From Thiobacillus sp. (lineage in GTDB: Bacteria > Pseudomonadota > Gammaproteobacteria > Burkholderiales > Thiobacillaceae), in contig JADFDN010000001.1 of NCBI GenBank assembly GCA_018262815.1, positions 1-55,005 on the forward strand: a DNA stretch of 55,005 nt, read 5' to 3'. Both the position numbers and the translations under genes were made by a program. Under the pieces are notes generated by a model. That model was not told where the DNA came from. It worked only from the letters and a program-made list of their open reading frames with translations, and made no database searches. Positions within the stretch are counted from its first letter, which is position 1; every line of letters starts with the position of its first letter. Below, piece by piece: positions 30,708 through 41,790 of the stretch.

Positions 30708-31493
30708 TCAGCGTCCAAGCAACACTTCCAGCACGAACTGGGTGCCCAGGTAAGCCAGCAGCAGGAGTGTGAAGCCGGTGATCGTCCAGACCAGCGCGGT
30801 GCGCCCGCGCCAGCCACGGAAGTGTCGTCCCACCAGCAGGCCGCCGAATACCAGCCATGACAGGATGGCCAATATGACCTTGTGGGAAAACTGCAGCGGC
30901 GTTCCGAACAGCTCTTCCGAAAAAAACACCCCGCTGAACACCGCCAGCGTCAGCAATGCAAAACCGGCGCCGATGGTCCTGAACAACATGGCCTCCAGCG
31001 TCAGCAAGGGCGGCGCACCGTTCTGGGGGAGCGCGCCGCGATGCAGCTGTTTTTCCAGCATGGTCATCAACACCGCATGCAGAGCCGCCACCGCCAGCAG
31101 GCCATAGGCCAGAAACGACACCACCAGGTGCGCGCGCAGGGCCAATGCCTGAGAGTTGGGAATGACATGAGTGGCGGTAAAGAATGCCATGCCCAGCACG
31201 GACACGGCCGCCAACCCGCTGACCCACGACTGCAGGCGCGCCAGTGGCGCCCCCTTGCTGGCCAGCCAGTAAACCCCTGCAGTCAGCCATAGAATCATCG
31301 ACAGCGAATTGCCGAATCCCAACCGGATATCGCCCTGCCCCAGCACCGACTCGTAGATCAGCGCGCCGTGCGCCAGCAGGGCCGTCGGCAGCAGCCAGCG
31401 CACCGACGCGGCGGGCGGGGTGCGCTGCAGGCGCCAGGCCACCCAGCCATACAGCGCGCCCACACACAAAGTAACCAGCAATAGTGGAGACAT
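30708..31493 (-). CDS. Cytochrome c assembly (CcsA/YpjD-like) membrane protein
   Basis: Multi-TM; PPLL.LE, HK, GWRG motifs; divergent from ffh as for ypjD. Confidence 0.85.
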   Translation of the reverse strand: MSPLLLVTLCVGALYGWVAWRLQRTPPAASVRWLLPTALLAHGALIYESVLGQGDIRLGFGNSLSMILWLTAGVYWLASKGAPLARLQSWVSGLAAVSVLGMAFFTATHVIPNSQALALRAHLVVSFLAYGLLAVAALHAVLMTMLEKQLHRGALPQNGAPPLLTLEAMLFRTIGAGFALLTLAVFSGVFFSEELFGTPLQFSHKVILAILSWLVFGGLLVGRHFRGWRGRTALVWTITGFTLLLLAYLGTQFVLEVLLGR

Positions 31494-31563
31494 TCGTTAA
31501 AATGCAAACCTGAATTCAGCGAGCCTCATTATCCATGCCGCCCCCAGCGGCAACAAGGAAGCC

Positions 31564-32907
<1,344 letters not shown>

Positions 32908-32981
32908 TGCCTGGCCACTGGCACGTCGGGCGATTTTGGGTATAATTCCCGGTTTTCTCCGTATACCCGGTGGGTTAAATC

Positions 32982-33236
32982 ATGGTCGTTATTCGTCTTT
33001 CGCGCGGCGGCGCAAAAAACCGTCCTTTCTACAACGTGGTGGTGGCCGATTCGCGCTGCCGCCGTGACGGTCGCTTCATCGAGCGCGTCGGCTTCTACAA
33101 TCCGGTGGCGCCCGAAGGTGCCGAGGCTGTTCGTCTGGATCAGGATCGCATCGGCTACTGGGTGAGCAACGGCGCGCAGATGTCCGACACCGTCGCGCGT
33201 CTGGTCAAGCAGAACAAGCCCGCTGCCGCTGCCTGA
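32982..33236 (+). CDS. rpsP: 30S ribosomal protein S16
   Basis: [29 protein letters not shown]. Confidence 0.97.
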   Translation: MVVIRLSRGGAKNRPFYNVVVADSRCRRDGRFIERVGFYNPVAPEGAEAVRLDQDRIGYWVSNGAQMSDTVARLVKQNKPAAAA

Positions 33237-33237
33237 T

Positions 33238-33744
33238 TTGGCTGAACAAGAAGCCTGGGTCGTGATGGGGCGCATCGCCGCCCCGTTCGGCATCAAGGGC
33301 TGGGTCAAGGTCCAGCCCTATACCGAAGACCCGGGCACACTGATGGATTTTGAATCCTGGCGCGTCGGACGCGGCGAGCAGCAGACGCATTACAGCGTCG
33401 AAGCCGTCCAGGATCACGGCAAGGCCCTGGTCGCCAAACTGGTGGGCATAGACGACCGCGACGCGGCGTTTGCCCTGCGCGGACAGGAAATTTCGGTGGC
33501 GAAAAGCGCCTTGCCGCCGCCGGAAGAAAACGAGTATTACTGGTCGGACCTGATTGGCCTCAAGGTCGTCAACCGCGAAGGCATCGAGTTGGGTACCGTC
33601 GACAGCCTGATGGAAAGCGGGGCGAACGATCTGCTTGTAGTCAAAGGCACGCGCGATCACCTGATTCCGTTCGTTGCCGCCTTCGTCGGCAAGGTGGATC
33701 TGGTGGCCGGGACGATCGAGGTGGACTGGGGCGAGGATTACTAA
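33238..33744 (+). CDS. rimM: Ribosome maturation factor RimM
   Basis: [28 protein letters not shown]; TTG start. Confidence 0.94.
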   Translation: MAEQEAWVVMGRIAAPFGIKGWVKVQPYTEDPGTLMDFESWRVGRGEQQTHYSVEAVQDHGKALVAKLVGIDDRDAAFALRGQEISVAKSALPPPEENEYYWSDLIGLKVVNREGIELGTVDSLMESGANDLLVVKGTRDHLIPFVAAFVGKVDLVAGTIEVDWGEDY

Positions 33745-33754
33745 GGAGAGGCGT

Positions 33755-34462
33755 GTGCGCTTCGATGCTGTCACGCTCTTTCCCGAGATGTTCGATGCTG
33801 TACTGGATTACGGCATCACGCGGCGAGCGCTGGATCGCGGGCTATACCGGTTCAGGTCGTGGAATCCACGCGATTTCACCGACGATCCGCACCGCACGGT
33901 GGACGACAGGCCATACGGCGGCGGTCCGGGGATGCTGATGCTGGCCGAACCGCTGGACCGTGCGCTGGACGCGATACAGCAGGATCTGGCCAGCGAGCAT
34001 TTGGTGCCCTGGGTGGTGCATTTTTCGCCACGCGGCCGCCCGCTCACACAGCAGCGGGTGATGGAATTGAAAGATAGACCCGCATTGGTGCTGCTGTGCG
34101 GACGCTACGAAGGCATCGACGAACGGCTGTTGCAGCGCCGCGTCAACGAGGAAATCTCGCTCGGCGACTTCGTGCTGTCGGGCGGCGAACTGCCGGCGCT
34201 GGCGCTGATGGACGCGATCATCCGGCAGTTGCCGGGGGCGCTGAACGACGCCGAATCGGCGGTGCAGGATTCGTTCAGCCACGGGCTGCTCGACTGCCCG
34301 CACTACACCCGGCCTGAAGTGTGGCAGGGCATGACGGTGCCGGAGGTGCTGAAAAGCGGCAACCACGCGGCGATAGCCAAGTGGCGGCACGAAGAGAGTT
34401 TGCGGCTGACTGCCACGCTGCGGCCCGATCTGCTGGAACAGACGCCGCAGCAAAAGGATTGA
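33755..34462 (+). CDS. trmD: tRNA (guanine37-N1)-methyltransferase
   Basis: [36 protein letters not shown]; GTG start after AAGGAG. Confidence 0.96.
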   Translation: MRFDAVTLFPEMFDAVLDYGITRRALDRGLYRFRSWNPRDFTDDPHRTVDDRPYGGGPGMLMLAEPLDRALDAIQQDLASEHLVPWVVHFSPRGRPLTQQRVMELKDRPALVLLCGRYEGIDERLLQRRVNEEISLGDFVLSGGELPALALMDAIIRQLPGALNDAESAVQDSFSHGLLDCPHYTRPEVWQGMTVPEVLKSGNHAAIAKWRHEESLRLTATLRPDLLEQTPQQKD

Positions 34463-34592
34463 CCGGTTTGCCTTGTCAGGCAAACCGGAAATGAGCGGAC
34501 CTGGGATCAGAACGAATCCCGGGGCCAACGTGAAACGGCGTGATGTCCACCCTTACTGGGTTTACCTCTCCCGCCAGGTGCAAGGAAACATC

Positions 34593-34976
34593 ATGAACAT
34601 CATCGAGCAACTCGAACAGGAAGAAATCGCCCGCCTGGGCAAGACCCTCCCCGACTTCGCCCCCGGCGACACCATCGTCGTCCAGGTGAAAGTCAAGGAA
34701 GGCAACCGCGAGCGTCTGCAGGCCTACGAAGGCGTCGTCATCGCCAAGCGCAACCGTGGCCTCAACTCCGCTTTCACCGTGCGCAAGATCTCGGCCGGCG
34801 AAGGCGTCGAGCGGACCTTCCAGACCTACTCGCCGCTGGTCGCCAGCGTCGAAGTCAAGCGCCGCGGCGATGTGCGCCGCGCCAAGCTGTACTACCTGCG
34901 CGAGCGCTCCGGCAAGTCCGCACGCATCAAGGAAAAGCTGCCCGCCCGCAAGGCCAAGGCTGCCGCTGCCGAATAA
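34593..34976 (+). CDS. rplS: 50S ribosomal protein L19
   Basis: [35 protein letters not shown]; start after AAGGA. Confidence 0.97.
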   Translation: MNIIEQLEQEEIARLGKTLPDFAPGDTIVVQVKVKEGNRERLQAYEGVVIAKRNRGLNSAFTVRKISAGEGVERTFQTYSPLVASVEVKRRGDVRRAKLYYLRERSGKSARIKEKLPARKAKAAAAE

Positions 34977-34997
34977 GCAGCTTTCCTGCCGTAATGC

Positions 34998-35025
34998 AAA
35001 ACGCCCGCTCCATGCGGGCGTTTTT
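34998..35025 (+). terminator. Intrinsic terminator after rplS
   Basis: AAAACGCCCGC-TCCAT-GCGGGCGTTTTT. Confidence 0.8.
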
Positions 35026-35052
35026 GTTTCCGGCGGGCGCTAAAATGCCGTC

Positions 35053-35523
35053 ATGCCCCGCTACGATGCCATTCTGGATGCCCCGCCCTGCCGCCTCGGC
35101 GCGATCTTCACGGGCGACGCGCTGACCCGGCTGGATTTTCTGCCGGCCAATCCGCCCGCTTCCGGGAAACACGACTCGCGCATACGCCACCTGGCAGATG
35201 AGCTCGACGCCTACTGGCGCAATCCCGCGCATGAATTCGATCTTCTCTATGTGCCCGCGGGCACGCCATTCCAGCTGCATGTTTGGCGGACTCTGATGGC
35301 GATTCCACCCGGGCAGCCGACCACCTACGGAACGCTGGCAAAACGGCTCGGCACCGCAGCGCGCGCAGTGGGCCAGGCGTGCGGGGCCAATCCCCTGCCT
35401 ATCCTCATCCCCTGCCACCGCGTTCTGGCGGCCAACGGGCTGGGCGGCTTCATGCATTCGTCAAGCGGCGCACCGCTGGACGTGAAATCCTGGCTGCTGG
35501 CACATGAACGACGCGCTGATTGA
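35053..35523 (+). CDS. ogt: Methylated-DNA--protein-cysteine methyltransferase
   Basis: GTPFQ..VW, RAVG.A...NP, active site PCHRV. Confidence 0.88.
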   Translation: MPRYDAILDAPPCRLGAIFTGDALTRLDFLPANPPASGKHDSRIRHLADELDAYWRNPAHEFDLLYVPAGTPFQLHVWRTLMAIPPGQPTTYGTLAKRLGTAARAVGQACGANPLPILIPCHRVLAANGLGGFMHSSSGAPLDVKSWLLAHERRAD

Positions 35524-36394
35524 CCGCTTCTGCGATCACCTCTGGCTGGAGGACGGGTTGGCAGACCTGACGCTGGCGGCATATCGCCGCGACCTGAAGG
35601 CCTTCGGCGCCTGGCTGGAAAAGGAACGCAAGCATGACTTGGACAGCGTCGCTCCCGGCGACGTCGAAGCCTATCTGGCATGGCGTTTCGCCCACCGTGC
35701 GCAGCCACGCAGCGCGGCGCGCTACACTTCGGCATTGAAGCGTTTTTATCGCTATCTTCTGCGCGAAAATCTGGTAGCCGCCGACCCCACGCTCAACCTC
35801 GACAGCCCGAAGCTCCCGCGTGCATTGCCCAAGACGCTGACCGAGTCCGATGTGGAACGCCTGCTCGATAGCGCCGATATCGATTCGCCGCGGGGGCTGC
35901 GCGACCGAGCGATGCTGGAAACCCTCTACGCCACCGGCTTGCGGGTTTCCGAACTGGTGGGACTGAAGCTGACCGCGGTGAATCTCAACGATGGCGTGCT
36001 ACGCGTGACCGGCAAGGGCAACAAGGACCGACTGGTGCCGCTGGGCGAGGATGCGGTGCAATGGCTCAGGCGTTATCTGACCGATGCCCGGCCGCCGCTG
36101 CTGGAAAGGAATCTCACCGACGCAGTATTCGTGACCGCACGCGGCTGCGGCATGACGCGACAGGCATTCTGGTATCTCATCGGACGGCGCGCCCAGGCGG
36201 CCGGCATCACCCGCCCGCTGTCGCCACATACGCTGCGTCACGCCTTCGCCACCCACCTCCTGAACCACGGGGCCGATCTGCGGGTAGTGCAGATGCTGCT
36301 CGGTCACAGCGACATTTCCACCACCCAGATCTATACCCACGTGGCGCGTGAACGAATGAAACAATTGCACGCCCAGCATCACCCGCGGGGTTAG
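35504..36394 (+). CDS. xerD: Tyrosine recombinase XerD
   Basis: LYATGLRVSEL, GKGNK.RLVP, MTRQ.FW, HTLRHAFATHLLNHGADLRVVQMLLGH..ISTTQIYTH. Confidence 0.93.
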   Translation: MNDALIDRFCDHLWLEDGLADLTLAAYRRDLKAFGAWLEKERKHDLDSVAPGDVEAYLAWRFAHRAQPRSAARYTSALKRFYRYLLRENLVAADPTLNLDSPKLPRALPKTLTESDVERLLDSADIDSPRGLRDRAMLETLYATGLRVSELVGLKLTAVNLNDGVLRVTGKGNKDRLVPLGEDAVQWLRRYLTDARPPLLERNLTDAVFVTARGCGMTRQAFWYLIGRRAQAAGITRPLSPHTLRHAFATHLLNHGADLRVVQMLLGHSDISTTQIYTHVARERMKQLHAQHHPRG

Positions 36395-36414
36395 GCTGGC
36401 AAACAGATCCTCGC

Positions 36415-37371
36415 TCAAACCCGCGTGCCGGGTTTCGCCAGATAAAACCACTCCTGCCCCGGCAATGCCGCCGGATTGGGAAACACGATATATCCATCCT
36501 GGTCGGCCACCACCGGCGTGTCGTCATGACGCGTACCGATGCATTCCCCGGTGCCAATCCGATCGAAGCTTGACCAATGGCGTGCAAACCGATCATCCGC
36601 GTGGACGCGATCGATCACCTGGTACAGGCGCAGGGCCTCGGTGCCGCTCACAGCGCCGGGCTCGGGCGCGGTGGTCAACCGCAGATGAGCGAGGGCATTG
36701 TGGATGGCGCGCCATGCCACGTCCGGAGCGGCCGGATCGGCGTGTTGCCCGCATTCGAGTGTAAGTGCGATTCCGCCCTGTGCACGCATGAACTCGGTCG
36801 TGCCCACCCCGTAATTCACATCGGCCTCGCGCGACGATGCTCCCGCCGCCAGGCGACGCGCGACCCCTGCCGCATAGGTATCGAGCCAGCCGTCGACAAA
36901 GCGGTGCACGCCCAGACTCAGCGCCAGCGCGGTTTCTTCCACCGCGCGCGCAAACGGCTCCAGCGTGCCGCAATTGTCTTCCGGCCCCAGCATGACGAAG
37001 GGCTCCCCCGCGGTATGGAAGGAATGCAGATCGAGCAGCGCGTCATGCTGCGCCAGTAGCGGGCATAGCCAGTTGGCGATGCGGTCCTCGAATTCGACGG
37101 GCGTGTCGGTCGGCACCAGATTGCGATTGAGGTTGCGGTCGCCCATGCGCTGATGGCGCGCGTAGGCCAGCGGATTGGCGACAGGGACAAAGGTAACATG
37201 GCCCGCGACGATATCCAGTTGAGCGGACTCGATTTCGCCGATCACGCGGCGGATGGCCTGCGTGCCGCAGGTTTCGTTGCCGTGGACTGCGCCCAGCACG
37301 ATCAGACGCGCGCCCGGCGCCAGCCCAGTAAACGAAATGGATTGGAAATGCAGCGATTCGGGTGTGCTCAT
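36415..37371 (-). CDS. Succinylglutamate desuccinylase/aspartoacylase family protein
   Basis: HGNE, NLNR, DLHS, LECG motifs. Confidence 0.85.
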   Translation of the reverse strand: MSTPESLHFQSISFTGLAPGARLIVLGAVHGNETCGTQAIRRVIGEIESAQLDIVAGHVTFVPVANPLAYARHQRMGDRNLNRNLVPTDTPVEFEDRIANWLCPLLAQHDALLDLHSFHTAGEPFVMLGPEDNCGTLEPFARAVEETALALSLGVHRFVDGWLDTYAAGVARRLAAGASSREADVNYGVGTTEFMRAQGGIALTLECGQHADPAAPDVAWRAIHNALAHLRLTTAPEPGAVSGTEALRLYQVIDRVHADDRFARHWSSFDRIGTGECIGTRHDDTPVVADQDGYIVFPNPAALPGQEWFYLAKPGTRV

Positions 37372-38105
37372 ACGTTCATGGCCTTGAACAGCAACGATAT
37401 GCTCGATACCAGCAACAGCATGCCCACCAGCCGCGTCATCTGACCCTGGCTCAGGCTTACATGCATATGTCCCCCCAGATACAGTGCACCCAACACCAGC
37501 GGCAGCGCAACAACATAAGCAATCCAGATCTGGGCCGTCAGCAACAGGCCGGCCACCAGAAAACTGGCGATGCGCGTCAACCCCTCGAAGAAGAACAGCG
37601 CCGAAAAGGTCGCACGCAGATCGCTTTTGTCGCGGATGCGATGACTCAGATAAATCACATAGGGCGGCCCGCCGGTGCCGAACAGCGCGCCCACCGTTCC
37701 GCCGGTGAGTGCGGCGGGTACCGCCCAGCCGCGCGAGGCAGGCTTGTCGCCATGGATATTGAACAGGCTGCGCACGGCAAAGATGAAGACAAACGCAGCC
37801 AGTGCAATCAGCATGGGTTCGGCCGGAAGCCTGAGCAGCAGGCTGGTACCCAGCACCACGCCAACAACTCCGAATGGAATCAGGATCCCAAGCTCATCCC
37901 ATTTCACGCGCTTGAAATGAAGGCCGCCGATCACCAGCGATGCAGTGAAATCCAGCAGCAGGACCAGCGGCACGACAAACTTCAGCGGCATGAACAGCGC
38001 CAGCAGAGGTACCGCCACCAGCCCCGAGCCAAAGCCAGTAATGCCGCGAATCCAGTACGCCGCCAGCAGGATGGCCGCTGTCGCGGCAAACTGCTCAGGT
38101 GTCAC
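37368..38105 (-). CDS. TauE/SafE sulfite exporter family protein
   Basis: About 8 TM; G..GFG.GL...P and G.GGPP repeats. Confidence 0.85.
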   Translation of the reverse strand: MTPEQFAATAAILLAAYWIRGITGFGSGLVAVPLLALFMPLKFVVPLVLLLDFTASLVIGGLHFKRVKWDELGILIPFGVVGVVLGTSLLLRLPAEPMLIALAAFVFIFAVRSLFNIHGDKPASRGWAVPAALTGGTVGALFGTGGPPYVIYLSHRIRDKSDLRATFSALFFFEGLTRIASFLVAGLLLTAQIWIAYVVALPLVLGALYLGGHMHVSLSQGQMTRLVGMLLLVSSISLLFKAMNV

Positions 38106-38463
38106 AGACTTCGCCGCGCTCGATCGTGATGCCGAGTTCCTTGATTCCGGGGACGATGGCGAACTTGGTCACCGACACCTTCACCCACGGCGCGCCGAAT
38201 TCATCGCGCACGATGGTGGCCACATGCTCGGCCACCGACTCGACCAGGGTGATCGGCTGCGGCGCGTTGTGCAGGTAATCCTTCACCCGCATGGCCACCG
38301 CACCGTAATCGATGGTGTCGGCCACATCGTCAGTACCGCCTGCCTTGCTGTCAGGCAGGCCGATTTCGAGATCCAGCCGCACCGGCTGTGGTACTTTGCG
38401 TTCCCACTCGTATATGCCGATAATCAGTTCGAGACGAAAGTCCCGCAAAAATAGAATATCCAT
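38095..38463 (-). CDS. folB: Dihydroneopterin aldolase
   Basis: IGIYEWER..PQ, DT.DY, LVE..AE, G..IER; start at ATG 38463. Confidence 0.93.
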   Translation of the reverse strand: MDILFLRDFRLELIIGIYEWERKVPQPVRLDLEIGLPDSKAGGTDDVADTIDYGAVAMRVKDYLHNAPQPITLVESVAEHVATIVRDEFGAPWVKVSVTKFAIVPGIKELGITIERGEVCDT

Positions 38464-38531
38464 TGCCTTGATTGTCCGCGGCGCGTCCGTCAACGGACCC
38501 ACCCAAAACTTGCCATTTTACTGACTTGTTT

Positions 38532-39134
38532 ATGACCACGCTGTTGTTTATTGCCACTGCCTATCTGTTGGGCTCCCTGTCGTTTGCGGTGATCGTCAGC
38601 CGCGCCATGGGCCTGCCCGATCCGCGCAGCTTCGGTTCGGGGAACCCCGGCGCCACCAACGTGCTGCGAACCGGGCGCAAAGCCGCAGCAGTGCTGACGC
38701 TGCTCGGCGACGCACTGAAAGGCTGGGTGGCCGTGGTGCTGGCACGAGCGCTGGCCCCGCAATTCGGCCTGTCCGAAGACATCGTGCTGCTGTGCGCGCT
38801 GGCAGTGTTCATCGGCCACCTGTTCCCGGTGTTCTTCGGCTTCCAGGGCGGCAAGGGCGTGGCCACGGCGCTCGGCGTACTGGTTGGTATCAATCCGTGG
38901 CTTGGGCTGGCGTGCCTGATCACGTGGCTGCTCGTGGCCGGGGTGTTCCGCATTTCCTCGCTCGCTGCGCTGACGACCGCCGTGCTCGCCCCGGTTTACG
39001 CAGGGCTGCTGATGGGCTGGAACAATACGGCTCTCACCGTGCTGGTGATCGCACTGCTGCTGGTCTATCGTCATAAGAGCAACCTCGTCAAGCTGGCGAC
39101 CGGCCAGGAAGCCCGGATCGGCGCACGCAAATAG
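38532..39134 (+). CDS. plsY: Glycerol-3-phosphate acyltransferase PlsY
   Basis: [31 protein letters not shown]. Confidence 0.95.
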   Translation: MTTLLFIATAYLLGSLSFAVIVSRAMGLPDPRSFGSGNPGATNVLRTGRKAAAVLTLLGDALKGWVAVVLARALAPQFGLSEDIVLLCALAVFIGHLFPVFFGFQGGKGVATALGVLVGINPWLGLACLITWLLVAGVFRISSLAALTTAVLAPVYAGLLMGWNNTALTVLVIALLLVYRHKSNLVKLATGQEARIGARK

Positions 39135-39149
39135 ACCCGCTCACCTGAC

Positions 39150-39950
39150 ATGGCCCTGTTCGACAAAACCATCGATCACGCAAAGGAAAGTCTCGCCGAA
39201 GTGTCGCGTGAGGCGATCGATCATGCGGGCGAGCGCCTGGCCGATGTGGTGAAAGTCGGCGTGTCGCAGGCCGGCACCGAACTGAAGGATGTGATCTGGC
39301 AGGCCAGCCAGGAAATCGACGCCAAGCTCGACAAGATTTCCGACGAATTGCACGAGCAACGCCAGTTCACCAAGGACGACGTGCGGGAACTGGTCGATTA
39401 CGCCGGCGAAAGGCTCGGCGCGCTGATGGACGATCGGATCGTCCGTGCCAAAGCGGAAATTTCCGAGCTGGTGCAGGAAAAGGTCGAATATTTCAAGCGG
39501 GAAGTCGACGGTTTCTTCATCGAGCGACAACGCGACCTGGCTCGCGAGCGGCGACGCCTGTTCATCAACGTGGCCATCGCGATCCTGGCATCACTGTCGC
39601 TGGGCTTCATTTCCTGGCTGTATCACCAGTATCTCGGGGGCGGGCTCGACGTGTTCGCCATTTTCCGCATCGTGTTCGCCTCGCTGGCGGGTGGCTATGC
39701 GGCTTACCTTGCCGTCAAGCTGCTCCGCCGCTGGCTGTCGATGTCGGAACACAAGAAAGACACGCTCTTCCTGGTGAGCCGCTACTGGGGCGTTCTGCGG
39801 CCGGAAAGCATTTTCGGCACGGTGATCCTAGTGTGTCTGATGGCCGTGCTGGTGGGTTTTTTACTGTTCCCCGAGCAGATCGCACAACTCACCGGCAGCG
39901 AAAAATGGCTCAAGGCCCTGCGCGAGGCCTATCCCATGTTCCGGCAATGA
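39150..39950 (+). CDS. Hypothetical membrane protein with a helical (apolipoprotein-like) N-terminus and about 3 TM segments
   Basis: 266 aa; fills the gap between plsY and tsaD. Confidence 0.75.
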   Translation: MALFDKTIDHAKESLAEVSREAIDHAGERLADVVKVGVSQAGTELKDVIWQASQEIDAKLDKISDELHEQRQFTKDDVRELVDYAGERLGALMDDRIVRAKAEISELVQEKVEYFKREVDGFFIERQRDLARERRRLFINVAIAILASLSLGFISWLYHQYLGGGLDVFAIFRIVFASLAGGYAAYLAVKLLRRWLSMSEHKKDTLFLVSRYWGVLRPESIFGTVILVCLMAVLVGFLLFPEQIAQLTGSEKWLKALREAYPMFRQ

Positions 39951-39951
39951 A

Positions 39952-40956
39952 TCACGCCGCGTCGAGTGTCGCCAGTTCCCAGCGCGGCTTGACCGCAAAC
40001 GTCAGATCCCTGGTTGCGTGCGCCAGCCGCTGCGCGCCGGCATAGGCGATCATCGCACCGTTGTCGGTGCAAAATTCCAGCCGTGGGTAGAACACGTCGA
40101 TGCCCCGCGCGGCCGCTTCGCGCGTGAGCTGCGCGCGCAAATGCGTGTTGGCGCCCACTCCGCCGGCCACCACCAGCCGGCTCGCACCGCTGCCCTTGCA
40201 GGCGGCCAGGCTCTTGCTCACCAGCACCTCCACCGCAGCCGCCTGGAACGCGGCCGCAATGTCCGCAGCCTGCGTGAGGCCAGCCTTGCGCACCAGCGTC
40301 AGCACTGCCGTCTTCAGTCCCGAAAAGCTGAAATCGAAATCGCCGGAATTGAGCATCGGCCGCGGCAGGCTGAAGCGGTTGGCGTCGCCCGTTGCTGCCA
40401 GCTTCGACAGCGCCGGCCCGCCCGGGTAGCCGAGCCCCAGCAACTGGGCCGTCTTGTCGAAGGCCTCGCCTGCGGCATCGTCGAGCGTTTCGCCGAGCAA
40501 GGTGTAGCGCCCCACGCCTGAAACCAGCATCAGCTGCGTGTGACCGCCCGACACCAGCAAGGCGACAAACGGGAACTCGGGCGGAGCGTCGGAAATCAGC
40601 GGCGACAACATATGGCCTTCCAGATGATGCACGCCGACCGCCGGGATGTTCAGCGCAAACGCCAGCGCCCGCGCCATTCCCGCCCCCACCAGCAACGCGC
40701 CGGCGAGCCCGGGACCCTGCGTATAGGCAATGCCGTCGAAGTCTGAAAGTGTGTGGCCACTCTCGCTCATGACCTGGCGGGTCAAGGGCAAAACCCGCCG
40801 GATATGATCGCGCGACGCCAGTTCGGGCACCACCCCGCCGTATTCGTTATGCATCGCGACCTGCGAATAGAGCGCGTGCGCCAAGAGGCCGCGCACGCTG
40901 TCATACAGCGCGACGCCGGTTTCATCGCAGGAGGATTCGATGCCAAGCACCAACAT
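39952..40956 (-). CDS. tsaD: tRNA t6A37 threonylcarbamoyltransferase subunit TsaD
   Basis: [39 protein letters not shown]. Confidence 0.97.
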   Translation of the reverse strand: MLVLGIESSCDETGVALYDSVRGLLAHALYSQVAMHNEYGGVVPELASRDHIRRVLPLTRQVMSESGHTLSDFDGIAYTQGPGLAGALLVGAGMARALAFALNIPAVGVHHLEGHMLSPLISDAPPEFPFVALLVSGGHTQLMLVSGVGRYTLLGETLDDAAGEAFDKTAQLLGLGYPGGPALSKLAATGDANRFSLPRPMLNSGDFDFSFSGLKTAVLTLVRKAGLTQAADIAAAFQAAAVEVLVSKSLAACKGSGASRLVVAGGVGANTHLRAQLTREAAARGIDVFYPRLEFCTDNGAMIAYAGAQRLAHATRDLTFAVKPRWELATLDAA

Positions 40957-41049
40957 GGGGATATACGGGGGACTGGAAAAAAGCGTTCGAGCTTGTTATT
41001 ATTCTCGTTTTTCCAGTTCACAGGAAGCTTCTCCGGGAGCGAACTTCAT

Positions 41050-41262
41050 ATGCCTCACGTCAAAGTCAAAGAAAACGAGCCGTTCGATGTCGCTCTGCGC
41101 CGTTTCAAGCGCTCCATCGAAAAAGTGGGTCTGCTGACCGAACTGCGCGCCCGCGAGTTCTACGAGAAGCCCACGGCCGAGCGCAAGCGCAAGCTCGCCG
41201 CTGCGGTCAAGCGCCAGAGCAAGCGCCTGCGCGGCCAGCAACTCCCCCCCAAGATGTATTGA
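41050..41262 (+). CDS. rpsU: 30S ribosomal protein S21
   Basis: [22 protein letters not shown]. Confidence 0.96.
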   Translation: MPHVKVKENEPFDVALRRFKRSIEKVGLLTELRAREFYEKPTAERKRKLAAAVKRQSKRLRGQQLPPKMY

Positions 41263-41304
41263 TTCTGCCGTTCGGCAGAATCCCCATACCCACATCCGCC
41301 CGGC

Positions 41305-41751
41305 ATGTCGCTCAAGCTCCGCATCACTGACGACATGAAGGCGGCGATGCGCGCCAAGGAAACGGCGCGCCTCGGGACGATTCGCCTGCTGCTGGCTGCG
41401 ATCAAGCAGAAAGAAGTCGACGAACGGATCGAGCTGGACGATGCTGCAGTCAGCAGCATCGTCGAAAAACTCATCAAGCAACGCAAGGACTCGATCAGCC
41501 AGTTCCAGGCTGCCGGCCGGGATGACCTGGTGGCGGCGGAACAGGCCGAACTCGTCGTGTTGCAGGCCTACTTGCCCGAACAGCTTTCCGCCGCCGAGGT
41601 CGAGGCTGCAGTGGTCGCGGCCATTGCCGAATCCGGCGCGGCCAGCGCCAAGGATATGGGCAAGGTCATGGGACTGCTGAAACCCCGCCTTGCCGGCCGT
41701 GCCGACATGGGCCAGGTATCCGCGCTGATCAAGACGCGTCTCTCCAGCTGA
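41305..41751 (+). CDS. GatB/YqeY domain protein
   Basis: DMK.AMRAK, KQR.DSI..F..AGR.DL, YLPEQLS, DMGKVM. Confidence 0.92.
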   Translation: MSLKLRITDDMKAAMRAKETARLGTIRLLLAAIKQKEVDERIELDDAAVSSIVEKLIKQRKDSISQFQAAGRDDLVAAEQAELVVLQAYLPEQLSAAEVEAAVVAAIAESGAASAKDMGKVMGLLKPRLAGRADMGQVSALIKTRLSS

Positions 41752-41756
41752 CGCCC

Positions 41757-41778
41757 ACCCGGCGCCTGCCGGGTTTAT
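41757..41778 (+). terminator. Putative attenuating terminator before dnaG
   Basis: ACCCGGC-GCCT-GCCGGGT-TTAT. Confidence 0.45.
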
Positions 41779-41790
41779 CATGCATCAACC

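Noticed and set aside
32919-32934. TGGCAC upstream of rpsP as a sigma-54 promoter
   Set aside because: No TTGC at the required spacing; a TATAAT at 32941 fits sigma-70 better
35504-36394. Tyrosine recombinase as a phage or island integrase
   Set aside because: It has XerD-type length and motifs in a housekeeping context, with no att repeats or cargo
41261-41282. Perfect hairpin after rpsU as a novel element
   Set aside because: Hairpins after rpsU that lower downstream expression are expected in this operon; nothing else suggests novelty
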